Shown here one piece after another: positions 1 to 12,500 of a DNA stretch of 64,000 nt. The DNA is from Antedon mediterranea (taxonomy: Eukaryota; Animalia; Echinodermata), in assembly GCF_964355755.1 (NCBI RefSeq), contig NC_092675.1, forward strand, positions 14,418,912-14,482,911, in the 5' to 3' direction. The first letter of the stretch is position 1. Each line of letters begins with the position of its first letter. Under the pieces are notes generated by a model. The model had not been told where the DNA came from. It searched no databases and saw nothing but the letters and a program-made list of their open reading frames with translations. The position numbers and the translations under genes were made by a program.

Positions 1-100
1 CACATGCGATCTATTATAGTATATATAATTTGTGCCAATAATACAGTACTGATGTATGAAATAGGTTTTTTTTAAAATAACAACAAAAAATGTTACATAC

Positions 101-313
101 ATATCATATTATTTGTTTAGGTAGTCATAGATTAGTTCTTTGATTTTGGTTAGTCGGACTACTGCAACCTCCTCCAAAACAAGACCTCCTATAGATGTGG
201 CTTCATCTCGTTTGACAAACATGTATTCCATAGAATCTACTATGTGATCACCGATAATCTGTTCTTGGCAAATGTGCCTTTGCCTTTCAGAAGCCAAAAC
301 TCCTGGGCAAAAT
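101..313 (-). pseudogene. Exon C of the RAG1-like transposase pseudogene
   Basis: Acceptor TTTTTTTTTAAATATAG| at 315-314. The phase matches exon B (AG+A = Arg) and leads into the frame of ORF 109..297. A TAA at 111-109 lies just before a candidate donor GTATGT at 100-95, so the 3' boundary is less certain. Confidence 0.7.
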
Positions 314-491
314 CTATATTTAAAAAAAAATGTATATACAGTAATGATTAATTATAGTTTTTATAGCTAATTTTATTCTAAATTCAATTTAAAAAAAAGT
401 AAACTGTTGACTGAATAATAGTAAACAGTGGCTGTGTGGCCCCACGGAGGTCCACATACCCGACACAAAAAGCAATAATAAAATAAATTAC

Positions 492-631
492 CTCCGCAGT
501 GCTCGTTGCTGGTTCCAATTTATGCGGCAGGCATTCATGATTGCCAAACATCTTTGGGGGTCCATTTTCTCTTCAGTACTGGTAACACTAACAGTTGTGG
601 TGTACTCCGATTGTTTAACAATGTTTATTGG
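492..631 (-). pseudogene. Exon B of the RAG1-like transposase pseudogene
   Basis: Acceptor TTTGATCAAATTCAG| at 633-632 and donor AG|GTAATT at 491. Length 140 nt (phase 0 to phase 2). Lies within ORF 488..670 and encodes PINIVKQ...CLAIMNACRINWNQQRALR. Confidence 0.75.
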
Positions 632-753
632 CTGAATTTGATCAAATAAAATATTTGTATGATTTATCAAATAATAATGTATATGAGTGGATCAAGAGTG
701 TAAGCCTACATTATGATAAATTTAAATTAATTGTAATGGGTTAAAAAACTCAC

Positions 754-1342
754 CCGTCCTCGAGTCATAAGTGACACTTTCTTAATATTCATAAGGTCAT
801 TCCGTACTATGTTGTGTGCTATGCTTTTCAATTATTTTGGCCAAACCTCATTTGTTTGGGCAGTACATGTAATTTCGTCAACTGCACTTACAATTTTGGT
901 GAATGCCTCTTCTTTAAACGTTTTACAAACATGATTGGGGGTTTCTGACCAAACTAATTGAATTTTACATTGTTTGCATTGCAAAGGGACTCGTTTAAGC
1001 GATTGTTCTACAATAAGTGGAACTGGTTTGAGATCTTTGTCACTGACAATTTTGCTGCAGTTATAACAATCAATTGATTCTCGTCATACTGCCTTAAACA
1101 ATTTTTTTATGAAAAATGTACAAAAAAATGTTGACAAGGTGTCTGCTGGCTGTCAATTGACAACAAATTATTGCAGATCTGACATTCATACACTTGATTA
1201 TCATAATATTTAAATTGAGGGTTTAGTAGCAAGTGCTCATGGGTGGGAATAAAACTGCCAGTAGTATTGCTTCTGTTTTCGGGAAACTAGCATTTCTTCA
1301 GCCTTCGACCAGGTCTTGATTGTTGACTGAACAAGTAGCACG
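754..1342 (-). pseudogene. Exon A: basic motif, C3HC4 RING and second zinc finger (disrupted)
   Basis: CQIC at 1184-1173, PCQHFF(C), CYNC, then CKQC...HVC. Ends at a consensus donor CGG|GTGAGT (intron starts 753, phase 0). Three in-frame stops and one frameshift. Confidence 0.75.
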
Positions 1343-3343
1343 CTAAGAAAATCACAAAATGGTCTAAAATGTCTCCAAATGCGATTGGAAGCTATTCTTA
1401 GCACTTTGGTGTTTTTATGTTTTTATGTTTTTATGTTAACAAGTTTTTTCGAAAATCACAAAAATGGTCTAAAACGTCTCCAAATGCGATTTCAAGCTAT
1501 TCTAAGCACATTGGGGTTTTTATGTTAACAAGTTTTTTTCGAAAATCACAAAATGGTCTAAAACGTCTCCAAATGCGATTTGAAGCAATTCTAAGCACTT
1601 TGGTGTTTTGTGTGAAAAAGTTTTGTCGAAATGCTCAAATTTGTCTAAAACGTTTTTAAATACAATATTAAGCTATTTTGTGCTCTTTGATGTTTTTGTG
1701 TGAAAAGTGTTATCGAAATGCTCAAAATGGTCTAAAACGGTTTCCAATGTGATTTTAAGCAATTTGATGTTTTTGTGTAACCAAGTTTTTTCGAAAATCA
1801 CAAAATGGTCTAAAACGTCTCCAAATGCGATTTGTAGCTATTCTTAGCACTTTGGTGTTTTTATGTTAACAAGTTTTTTCGAAAATCACAAAAGGGTCTA
1901 AAACGTCTCCAAATGCGATTTGAAGCTATTCTGTACACTTTTATGTTTTGTGTGAAAAAGTTTTGTCGAAATGCTCAAAATGGCCTAAAACGTTTTAAAA
2001 TACGATATTAATCTATTTTGTGCTCTTTGATGTTTTTGTGTAAAAAGTTTTATCGAAATGCTCAAAATGGTCTAAAACGTTTTTAAATACGATATTAATC
2101 TATTTTGTGCTCTTTTATTTTTTTGTGTGAAAAGTTTTATCGAAATGCTCAAAATGGTCTAATGTGTGTAACCAAGTTTTTTTCGAAAATCACAAAATGG
2201 TCTAAAACGTCTCCAAATGCGATTTGAAGCAATTCTAAGTACTTTGGTGTTTTGTGTGAAAAAGTTTTGTCGAAATGCTCAAATTGGTCTAAAACGTTTT
2301 TAAATACAATATTAAGCTATTTTGTGGTCTTTGATGTTTTTGTGTGAAAAATTTTATCGGAATGCTCAAAATGGTCTAAAATGGTTTCTAATGTGATTTA
2401 AAGCACTTTGATGTTTATGTTAACAAGTTTTTTCGAAAATCACAAAATGGTCTAAAACGTCTCCAAATGCGATTTGAAGCTATTCTAAGCACTTTGGTGT
2501 TTTTATGTTAACAAGTTTTTTCGAAAATCACAAAATGATCTAAAACGTCTCCAAATGCGATTTGAAGCTATTCTGTACACTTTGGTGTTTTGTGTGAAAA
2601 AGTTTTGTCGAAATGCTCAAAATGGTCTAAAACGTTTTTAAATACGATATTAAGCTATTTTGTGCTCTTTTATGTTTTTGTGTGAAAAGTGTTATTGAAA
2701 TGCTCAAAATGTTCTAAAACGGTTTATAATGTGATTTTAAGCACTTTGAAGTTTTTGTGTAACCAAGTTTTTTCGAAAATCACAAATTGGTCTAAAATGT
2801 CTCCAAATGAGATTTGAAGCTATTCTTAGCACTTTGGTGTTTTTATGTTAAGAACTTTTTTCGAAAATCACAAAATGGTCTAAAACGTCTCCAAATGCGA
2901 TTTGAAGATATTCTTAGCACTTTGGTGTTTTTATGTTAACAAGTTTTTTCGAAAATCACAAAATGGTCTAAAATGTCTCCAAATGCGATTTGAAGCTATT
3001 CTAAGCACTTTTGTGTTTTTATGTTAACAAGTTTTTTCGAAAATCACAAAATGGTCTAAAATGTCTCCAAATGCGATTTGAAGCTATTCTAAGCACTTTG
3101 GTGTTTTTGTGTTAACAAGTTTTTTCGAAAATCACAAAATTGTCTAAAACGTCTCCAAATGCGATTTGAAACTATTCTGTACACTTTGATGTTTTTATGT
3201 TGACAAGTTTTTTCGAAAATCACAAAATGGTCTATAACGTCTCCAAGGGCGATTTGAAGCTATTCTGTACACTTTGATGTTTTGTGTGAAAAAGTTTTGT
3301 CGAAATGCTCAAAATGGTCTTAAACGTTTTTAAATACGATATT

Positions 3344-4118
3344 TACACACAACACAAATAGGTTAAGCTTCCAAGTTTATTCAGAGTATACATATTTAAC
3401 AATACATAATATTTATTTCTACTGATACTGTACAAGCAATGCTAAAAACTACTATAGCCTATAAAATAAACTACATTTTGGCCTCTTGGGGGCTACCACT
3501 CATATGACATCACTGTATGAAAGGTCCAGTGTGTTGTCACAGGAGCCAGTAAATCAAATGGTTGTTATTAAGTATATCGGTAAGGATGTAAGTGACATCC
3601 GTTAGGTAAATTGTGGAATTTAGGGCCAAAATAATTCCCCAGAATTATACCAGCCCAATTAGCGAATAACATGAGTAACATATGAGTAGCGCCTGTGTTG
3701 AGTTAGGTGTTGGATGATGCCGGGGGATGGCTGGGTGGGAAAGATTGAAAAGTTTGTACAACTATCGAACGGCTAATTTAACAATGAAGTGTGCTAGTAT
3801 GCATCTTAGTAAACAACTGAAAACACACTGAATTCCCATTGGTTGCCAATTAGAAATTAGCCTATCCTACATTTTTGTGGTTCCACTATTAGATATAGCC
3901 GTTGGTCTATATAAATAAATTGTCAATTACTATGGTTGGAACTTTGATAAAGTGTCTCCCTTGACTAACATTCCGTTTTAATTACCTGTAAAAACAATAT
4001 ACCATTCATCCTAACACTTCTATTACTCTGAAATCTACCCACATTTATATACCACATCCTAGTTAAAAGAAAGTACTTGTGCTGTGTATAAACTATAATT
4101 TATTACTTTAAATTTCCT
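3344..4118. mobile_element. ~775-bp unclassified non-coding insertion in a B monomer, copy 1
   Basis: Non-satellite sequence splits the B-monomer motif GATATT/AATCTATTTTG. At most a TT overlap at the junctions. No ORF, TIR or poly(A) tail recognised. Confidence 0.6.
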
Positions 4119-6062
4119 TTAATCTATTTTGTGCTCTTTGATGTTTTTGTGTGAAAAGTGTTATCGAAATGCTCAAAATGGTCTAAAACGGTTTATAATG
4201 TGATTTTAAGCACTTTGATGTTTTTGTGTAACCAAGTTTCATCGAAATGCAAAAATTGGTCTAAAACGTCTCCAAATGCGATTTGAAGCTATTCTAAGCA
4301 CTTTGGTGTTTTTATGTTAACAAGTTTTTTCGAAAATCACAAATGGTCTAAAACGTCTCCAAATGCGATTTGAAGCTATTCTAAGCACTTTGGTGTTTTT
4401 ATGTTAACAAGTTTTTTCGAAAATCACAAAATGGTTTAAAACGTCTCCAAATGTGATTTGAAGCTATTCTTAGCACTTTGGTGTTTATGTTAACAAGTTT
4501 TTTTCGAAAATCACAAAATGGTCTAAAACGTCTCCATAATGCGATTTGAAGCTATTCTTAGCACTTTGGTGTTTATGTTAACAAGTTTTTTCGAAAATCA
4601 CAAAATGGTCTAAAACGTCTCCAAATACGATTTGAAGCTATTCTAAGCACGTTGGTGTTTTTATGTTAACAATTTTTTTCTCAAATCACAAATTGGTCTA
4701 AAACGTCTCCAGATGCGATTTGAAGCTATTCTAAGAACTTTGCTGTTTTTATGTTAACAAGTTTTTTTAAAAAATCAGAAAATGGTCTAGAACGACTCCA
4801 AATGCGATTTGAAGCTATTCTGTACACTTTGGTGTTTTGTGTGAAAAAGTTTTGTCGAAATGCTCAAAATGGTCTAAAACGTTTTTAGATACGATATTAA
4901 GCTATTTTGTGCTCTTTGATGTTTTTGTGTGAAAAGTGTTATCGAAATGCTCAAAATGGTCTAAAACGGTTTATAATGTGATTCTAAAATGTCTCCAAAT
5001 GCGATTTGAAGCTATTCTTAGCACTTTGTTGTTTTTTATGTTAACAAGTTTTTTCGAAAATCACAAAATGGTCTAAAACGTCTCCAAATGCGATTTGAAG
5101 CTATTATTAGCACTTTGGTGTTTTTATGTTAACAAGTTTTTTCGAAAATCACAAAATGGTCTAAAACGTCTCCAAATGCGATTTCAAGCTATTCTGTACA
5201 ATTTGATGTTTTTATGTTAACAAGTTTTTTCGAAAATCACAAAATGGTCTAAAACGTCTCCAAATGCGATTTAAAGCTATTCTAAGCACTTTGGTGTTTT
5301 TATGTTAACAAGTTTTTCCGAAAATCACAAAATGGTCTAAAACGTCTCCAAATGCGATTTGAAGCTAATCTTAGCACTTTGGTGTTTATGTTAACAAGTT
5401 TTTTCAAAAATCACAAAATGGTCTAAAACGTCTCCAAATGCGATTTGAAGCTATTCTTAGCACTTTGGTGTTTTTATGTCATCAAGTTTTTTCGAAAATC
5501 ACAAAATGGTCTAAAACGTCTCCAAATGCGATTTGAAACTATTCTAAGCACTTTGGTGTTTTTATGTTAACAAGTTTTTTCGAAAATCACAAAATGGTCT
5601 AAAACGTCTCCAAATGCGATTTGAAGCTATTCTTAGCACTTTGGTGTTTTTATGTTAACAAGTTTTTTCGAAAATCACAAAATGGTCTAAAACGTCTCCA
5701 AATGCGATTTGAAGCTATTTTGTACAGTTTGGTGTTTTTATGTTAACAAGTTTTTTCGAAAATCACAAAATGGTCTAAAATGTCTCCAAATGCGATTTGA
5801 AGCTATTCTAAGCACTTTTGTGTTTTTATGTTAACAAGTTTTTTCGAAAATCACAAAATTGTCTAAAACGTCTACAAATGCGATTGGAAGCTATTCTGTA
5901 CACTTTGATGTTTTTATGTTAACAAGTTTTTTCGAAAATCACAAAATGGTCTAAAACGTCTCCAAGGGCGATTTGAAGCTATTCTGTACACTTTGATGTT
6001 TTGTGTGAAAAAGTTTTGTCGAAATGCTCAAAATGGTCTTAAACTTTTTTAAATACGATATT

Positions 6063-6836
6063 TACACACAACACAAATAGGTTAAGCTTCCAAGTTTATT
6101 CAGAGTATACATATTTAACAATACATAATATTTATTTCTACTGATACTGTACAAGCAATGCTAAAAACTACTATAGCCTAATAATAAACTACATTTTGGC
6201 CTCTTGGGGGCTACCACTCATATGACATCGCTGTATGAAAGGTCTAGTGTGTTGTCACAGGAGCCAGTAAACCAAATGGTTGTTATTAAGTATATCGGTA
6301 AGGATGTAAGTGACATCCGTTAGGTAAATTGTGGAATTTAAGGCCAAAATAATTCCCCAGAATTATACCAGCCAAATTAGCGAATAACATGAGTAACATA
6401 TGAGTAGCGCCTGTGTTGAGTTAGGTGTTGGATGATGCCGGGGGATGGCTGGGTGGGAAAGATTGAAAAGTTTGTACAACTATCGAACGGCTAATTTAAC
6501 AATGAAGTGTTCTAGTATGCATCTTAGTAAACAACTGAAAACACACTGAATTCCCATTGGTTGCCAATTAGAAATTAACCTATCCTACATTTTTGTGGTT
6601 CCACTATTAGATATACCCGTTGGTCTATATAAATACATTGTCAATTACTGTGGTTGGAACTTTGATAAATTGTCTCCCTTGACTAACATTCCGTTTTAAT
6701 TACCTGTAAAAACAATATACCATTCATCCTAACACTTCTATTACTCTGAAATCTACCCACATTTATATACCACATCCTAGTTAAAAGAAAGTACTTGTGC
6801 TGTGTATAAACTATAATGTATTACTTTAAATTTCCT
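6063..6836. mobile_element. ~775-bp unclassified insertion, copy 2
   Basis: Near-identical to 3344-4118 (offset ~2719, scattered substitutions and a 1-nt indel). Same insertion point and same rare upstream flank variants (CCAAGGGCG, GGTCTTAAAC). Confidence 0.6.
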
Positions 6837-8399
6837 TTAATCTATTTTGTGCTCTTTGATGTTTTTGTGTGAAAAATTTTATCGGAATGCTCAAAATGGT
6901 CTAAAATGGTTTCTAATGTGATTTAAAGCACTTTGATGTTTATGTTAACAAGTTTTTTCGAAAATCACAAAATGGTCTAAAACGTCTCCAAATGCGATTT
7001 GAAGCTATTCTAAGCACTTTGGTGTTTTTATGTTAACAAGTTTTTTCGAAAATCACAAAATGATCTAAAACGTCTCCAAATGCGATTTGAAGCTATTCTG
7101 TACACTTTGGTGTTTTGTGTGAAAAAGTTTTGTCGAAATGCTCAAAATGGTCTAAAACGTTTTTAAATACGATATTAAGCTATTTTGTGCTCTTTGATGT
7201 TTTTGTGTGAAAAGTGTTATTGAAATGCTCAAAATGTTCTAAAACGGTTTATAATGTGATTCTAAAATGTCTCCAAATGCGATTTTAAGCTATTCTTAGC
7301 ACTTTGGTGTTTTTTATGTTAACAAGTTTTTTCGAAAATCACAAAATAGTCTAAAACGTCTCCAAATGCGATTTGAAGCTATTCTAAGCACTTTGGTGTT
7401 TTGTGTGAAAAAGTTTTGTCGAATTGCTCAAAATGGTCTAAAACGTTTTTAAATACGATATTAAGCTATTTTGTGCTCTTTGATGTTTTTGTGGGAAAAG
7501 TGTTATCGAAATGGTCAAAATGGTCTAAAACGGTTTATAATGTGATTTTAAGCACATTGATGTTTTTGTGTAACCAAGTTTCATCGAAATGCACAAAATG
7601 GTCTAAAACGTCTCCAAATGCGATTTGAAGCTATTCTAAGCACTTTGGTGTTTTTATGTTAACAAGTTTTTTCGAAAATCACAAAATGGTCTAAAACGTC
7701 TCCAAATGCGATTTGAAGCTATTCTAAGAACTTTGATGTTTTTATGTTAAGTTTTTTCGAAAATCACAAAATAGTCTAAAACGTCTCCAAATGCGATTTG
7801 AAGCTATTCTAAGCACTTTGGTGTTTTGTGTGAAAAAGTTTTGTCGAATTGCTCAAAATGGTCTAAAACGTTTTTAAATACGATATTAAGCTATTTTGTG
7901 CTCTTTGATGTTTTTGTGGGAAAAGTGTTATCGAAATGCTCAAAATGGTCTAAAACGGTTTATAATGTGATTTTAAGCACATTGATGTTTTTGTGTAACC
8001 AAGTTTCATCGAAATGCACAAAATGGTCTAAAACGTCTCCAAATGCGATTTGAAGCTATTCTAAGCACTTTGGTGTTTTTATGTTAACAAGTTTTTTCGA
8101 AAATCACAAAATGGTCTAAAACGTCTCCAAATGCGATTTGAAGCTATTCTAAGCACTTTGGTGTTTTTATGTTAACAAGTTTTTTCGAAAATCACAAAAT
8201 GGTCTAAAACGTCTCCAAATGCGATTTGAAGCTATTCTAAGCACTTTGGTGTTTTTATGTTAACAAGTTTTTTCGAAAATCACAAAATGGTCTAAAACGT
8301 CTCCAAATGCGATTTGAAGCTATTCTAAGCACTTTGGTGTTTTTATGTTAACAAGTTTTTTCGAAAATCACAAAATGGTCTAAAACGTCTCCAAATGCG

Positions 8400-11300
8400 A
8401 TTTGAAGCTATTCTTAGCACTTTGGTGTTTATGTTAACGAGTTTTTTCGAAAATCACAAAATGGTCTAAAACGTCTCCATAATGCGATTTGAAGCTATTC
8501 TTAGCACTTTGGTGTTTATGTTAACAAGTTTTTTCGAAAATCACAAAATGGTCTAAAACGTCTCCAAATACGATTTGAAGCTATTCTAAGAACGTTGGTG
8601 TTTTTATGTTAACAATTTTTTTCTCAAATCACAAAATGGTCTAAAACGTCTCCAAATGCGATTTGAAGCTATTCTAAGAACTTTGGTGTTTTTATGTTAA
8701 CAAGTTTTTTTCGAAAATCAGAAAATGGTCTAGAACGACTCCAAATGCGATTTGAAGCTATTCTGTACACTTTGGTGTTTTGTGTGAAAAAGTTTTGTCG
8801 AAATGCTCAAAATGGTCTAAAACATTTTTAAATACGATATTAAGCTATTTTGTGCTCTTTGATGTTTTTGTGTGAAAAGTGTTATTGAAATGCTCAAAAT
8901 TGTCTAAAACGGTTTATAATGTGATTTTAAGCACTTTGAAGTTTTTGTGTAACCAAGTTTTTTCGAAAATCACAAATTGGTCTAAAATGTCTCCAAATGA
9001 GATTTGAAGCTATTCTTAGCACTTTGGTGTTTTTATGTTAATAAGTTTTTTCGAAAATCACAAAATGGTCTAAAATGTCTCCAAATGCGATTTGAAGCTA
9101 TTCTTAGCACTTTGGTGTTTTTATGTTAACAAGTTTTTTCGAAAATCACAAAATGGTCTAAAACGTCTCCAAATGCGATTTGAAGCTATTCTAAGCACTT
9201 TGGTGTTTTTATGTTAAGTTTTTTCGAAAATCACAAAATGGTCTAAATTGTCTCCAAATGCGATTTGAAGCTATTCTAAGCACTTTGGTGTTTTGTGTGA
9301 AAAAGTGTTGTCGAATTGCTCAAAATGGTCTAAAACGTTTTTAAATACGATATTAAGCTATTTTGTGTTCTTTGATGCTTTTGTGTGAAAAGTGTTATCG
9401 AAATGCTCAAAATGGTCTAAAACGGTTTATAATGTGATTTTAAGCACATTGATGTTTTTGTGTAACCAAGTTTCATCGAAATGCACAAAATGGTCTAAAA
9501 CGTCTCCAAATGCGATTTGAAGCTATTCTAAGCACTTTGGTGTTTTTATGTTAACACGTTTTTTCGAAAATCACAAACTGGTCTAAAACGTCTCCAAATG
9601 CGATTTGAAGCTATTCTAAGCACTTTGGTGTTTTTATGTTAACAAGTTTTTTCGAAAATCACAAAATGGTCTAAAACGTCTCCAAATGCGATTTGAAGCT
9701 ATTCTGTACACTTTGGTGTTTTGTGTGAAAAAGTTTTGTCGAAATGCTCAAAATGGTCTAAAACGTTTTTAAATACGATATTAAGCTATTTTGTGCTCTT
9801 TGATGTTTTTGTGTGAATAGTGTTATTGAAATGCTCAAAATGGTCTAAAACGGTTTATAATGTGATTTTAAGCACTTTGAAGTTTTTTTGTAACCAAGTT
9901 TTTTCGAAAATCACAAATTGGTCTAAAATGTCTCCAAATGAGATTTGAAGCTATTCTTAGCACTTTGGTGTTTTTATGTTAACAAGTTTTTTTCGAAAAT
10001 CACAAAATGGTCTAAAACGTCTCCAAATGCGATTTGAAGCTATTCTAAGCACTTTGGTGTTTTTATGTTAACAAGTTTTTTCGAAAATCACAAAATGGTC
10101 TAAAACGTCTCCAAATGCGATTTGAAGCTATTCTAAGCACTTTGGTGTTTTGTGTGAAAAAGTTTTGTCGAATTGCTCAAAATGGTCTAAAACGTTTTTA
10201 AATACGATATTAAGCTATTTTGTTTTCTTTGATGCTTTTGTGTGAAAAGTGTTATCGAAATGCTCAAAATGGTCTAAAACGGTTTATAATGTGATTTTAA
10301 GCACATTGATGTTTTTGTGTAACCAAGTTTCATCGAAATGCACAAAATGGTCTAAAACGTCTCCAAATTCGATTTGAAGCTATTCTAAGCACTTTGGTGT
10401 TTTTATGTTAACAAGTTTTTTCGAAAATCACAAAATGGTCTAAAACGTCTCCAAATGCGATTTGAAGCTATTCTTAGCACTTTGGTGTTTATGTTAACGA
10501 GTTTTTTCGAAAATCACAAAATGGTCTAAAACGTCTCCATAATGCGATTTGAAGCTATTCTTAGCACTTTGGTGTTTATGTTAACAAGTTTTTTCGAAAA
10601 TCACAAAATGGTCTAAAACGTCTCCAAATACGATTTGAAGCTATTCTAAGAACGTTGGTGTTTTTATGTTAACAATTTTTTTCTCAAATCACAAAATGGT
10701 CTAAAACGTCTCCAAATGCGATTTGAAGCTATTCTAAGAACTTTGGTGTTTTTATGTTAACAAGTTTTTTTCGAAAATCAGAAAATGGTCTAGAACGACT
10801 CCAAATGCGATTTGAAGCTATTCAGTACACTTTGGTGTTTTGTGTGAAAAAGTTTTGTCGAAATGCTCAAAATGGTCTAAAACATTTTTAAATACGATAT
10901 TAAGCTATTTTGTGCTCTTTGATGTTTTTGTGTGAAAAGTGTTATTGAAATGCTCAAAATTGTCTAAAACGGTTTATAATGTGATTTTAAGCACTTTGAA
11001 GTTTTTGTGTAACCAAGTTTTTTCGAAAATCACAAATTGGTCTAAAATGTCTCCAAATGAGATTTGAAGCTATTCTTAGCACTTTGGTGTTTTTATGTTA
11101 ACAAGTTTTTTCGAAAATCACAAAATGGTCTAAAATGTCTCCAAATGCGATTTGAAGCTATTCTTAGCACTTTGGTGTTTTTATGTTAACAAGTTTTTTC
11201 GAAAATCACAAAATGGTCTAAAACGTCTCCAAATGCGATTTGAAGCTATTCTAAGCACTTTGGTGTTTTTATGTTAAGTTTTTTCGAAAATCACAAAATG

Positions 11301-12500
11301 GTCTAAATTGTCTCCAAATGCGAATTGAAGCTATTCTAAGCACTTTGGTGTTTTGTGTGAAAAAGTTTTGTCGAATTGCTCAAAATGGTCTAAAACGTTT
11401 TTAAATACGATATTAAGCTATTTTGTGTTCTTTGATGCTTTTGTGTGAAAAGTGTTATCGAAATGCTCAAAATGGTCTAAAACGGTTTATAATGTGATTT
11501 TAAGCACATTGATGTTTTTGTGTAACCAAGTTTCATCGAAATGCACAAAATGGTCTAAAACGTCTCCAAATGCGATTTGAAGCTATTCTAAGCACTTTGG
11601 TGTTTTTATGTTAACACGTTTTTTCGAAAATCACAAACTGGTCTAAAACGTCTCCAAATGCGATTTGAAGCTATTCTAAGCACTTTGGTGTTTTTATGTT
11701 AACAAGTTTTTTCGAAAATCACAAAATGGTCTAAAACGTCTCCAAATGCGATTTGAAGCTATTCTGTACACTTTGGTGTTTTGTGTGAAAAAGTTTTGTC
11801 GAAATGCTCAAAATGGTCTAAAACGTTTTTAAATACGATATTAAGCTATTTTGTGCTCTTTGATGTTTTTGTGTGAATAGTGTTATTGAAATGCTCAAAA
11901 TGGTCTAAAACGGTTTATAATGTGATTTTAAGCACTTTGAAGTTTTTTTGTAACCAAGTTTTTTCGAAAATCACAAATTGGTCTAAAATGTCTCCAAATG
12001 AGATTTGAAGCTATTCTTAGCACTTTGGTGTTTTTATGTTAACAAGTTTTTTTCGAAAATCACAAAATGGTCTAAAACGTCTCCAAATGCGATTTGAAGC
12101 TATTCTAAGCACTTTGGTGTTTTTATGTTAAGTTTTTTCGAAAATCACAAAATGGTCTAAAACGTCTCCAAATGCGATTTGAAGCTATTCTAAGCACTTT
12201 GGTGTTTTGTGTGAAAAAGTTTTGTCGAATTGCTCAAAATGGTCTAAAACGTTTTTAAATACAATATTAAGCTATTTTGTGTTCTTTGATGCTTTTGTGT
12301 GAAAAGTGTTATCGAAATGCTCAAAATGGTCTAAAACGGTTTATAATGTGATTTTAAGCACATTGATGTTTTTGTGTAACCAAGTTTCATCGAAATGCAC
12401 AAAATGGTCTAAAACGTCTCCAAATTCGATTTGAAGCTATTCTAAGCACTTTGGTGTTTTTATGTTAACACGTTTTTTCGAAAATCACAAAATGGTCTAA
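8400..12500. repeat. 2060-bp tandem duplication within the 88-bp satellite
   Basis: Rare variants recur at an exact 2060 offset: ATGTTAACGA at 8431/10491 and GTCTAAATTG at 9241/11301. Boundaries approximate. Confidence 0.85.

Larger units (their letters stand above)
101..1342 (-). pseudogene. Degenerate spliced RAG1-like (RING + zinc finger) DNA transposase gene fragment, Chapaev/N-RAG-TP/RAG1L-type
   Basis: Manual splicing of three minus-strand exons (1342-754, 631-492, 313-~101) across GT-AG introns keeps the frame. Product: ..CYLFSQQSRPGRRLKK..YECQICNNLLSIDSQQTPCQHFF/CTFFIKKLFKAV*RESIDCYNCSKIVSDKDLKPVPLIVEQSLKRVPLQCKQCKIQLVWSETPNHVCK..LMTRGR|PINIVKQ..MDPQRCLAIMNACRINWNQQRALRR|FCPGVLASERQRHICQEQIIGDHIV.. 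The Cys/His spacing parallels the RAG1 RING/ZFA region. Stops at 1287-1289, 1084-1086, 832-834 and 109-111; 1-nt frameshift in the A7 run at 1122-1128. It likely continues off the left edge. Confidence 0.75.

Noticed and set aside
1-48. Possible fourth exon after a CATCAG acceptor at 50-49 (one frame gives LYYWHK)
   Set aside because: The phase does not match the donor at 100 without another frameshift, and it is too short to support at the window edge.
632-705. Alternative longer exon B using the TGTAG acceptor at 707-706
   Set aside because: It is out of phase with the exon A donor, whereas the acceptor at 633-632 gives an in-frame TRGR|PINIV junction.
3705-3755. Possible hammerhead ribozyme/Penelope end (GATGATGCC...GAAAG) in the 775-bp insert
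   Set aside because: It lacks the CUGANGA core and no convincing flanking stems were found.
1417-8053. ORFs 1417..1659, 7401..7628 and 7826..8053
   Set aside because: Chance open frames through 88-bp satellite monomers; the peptides simply repeat the monomer translation.
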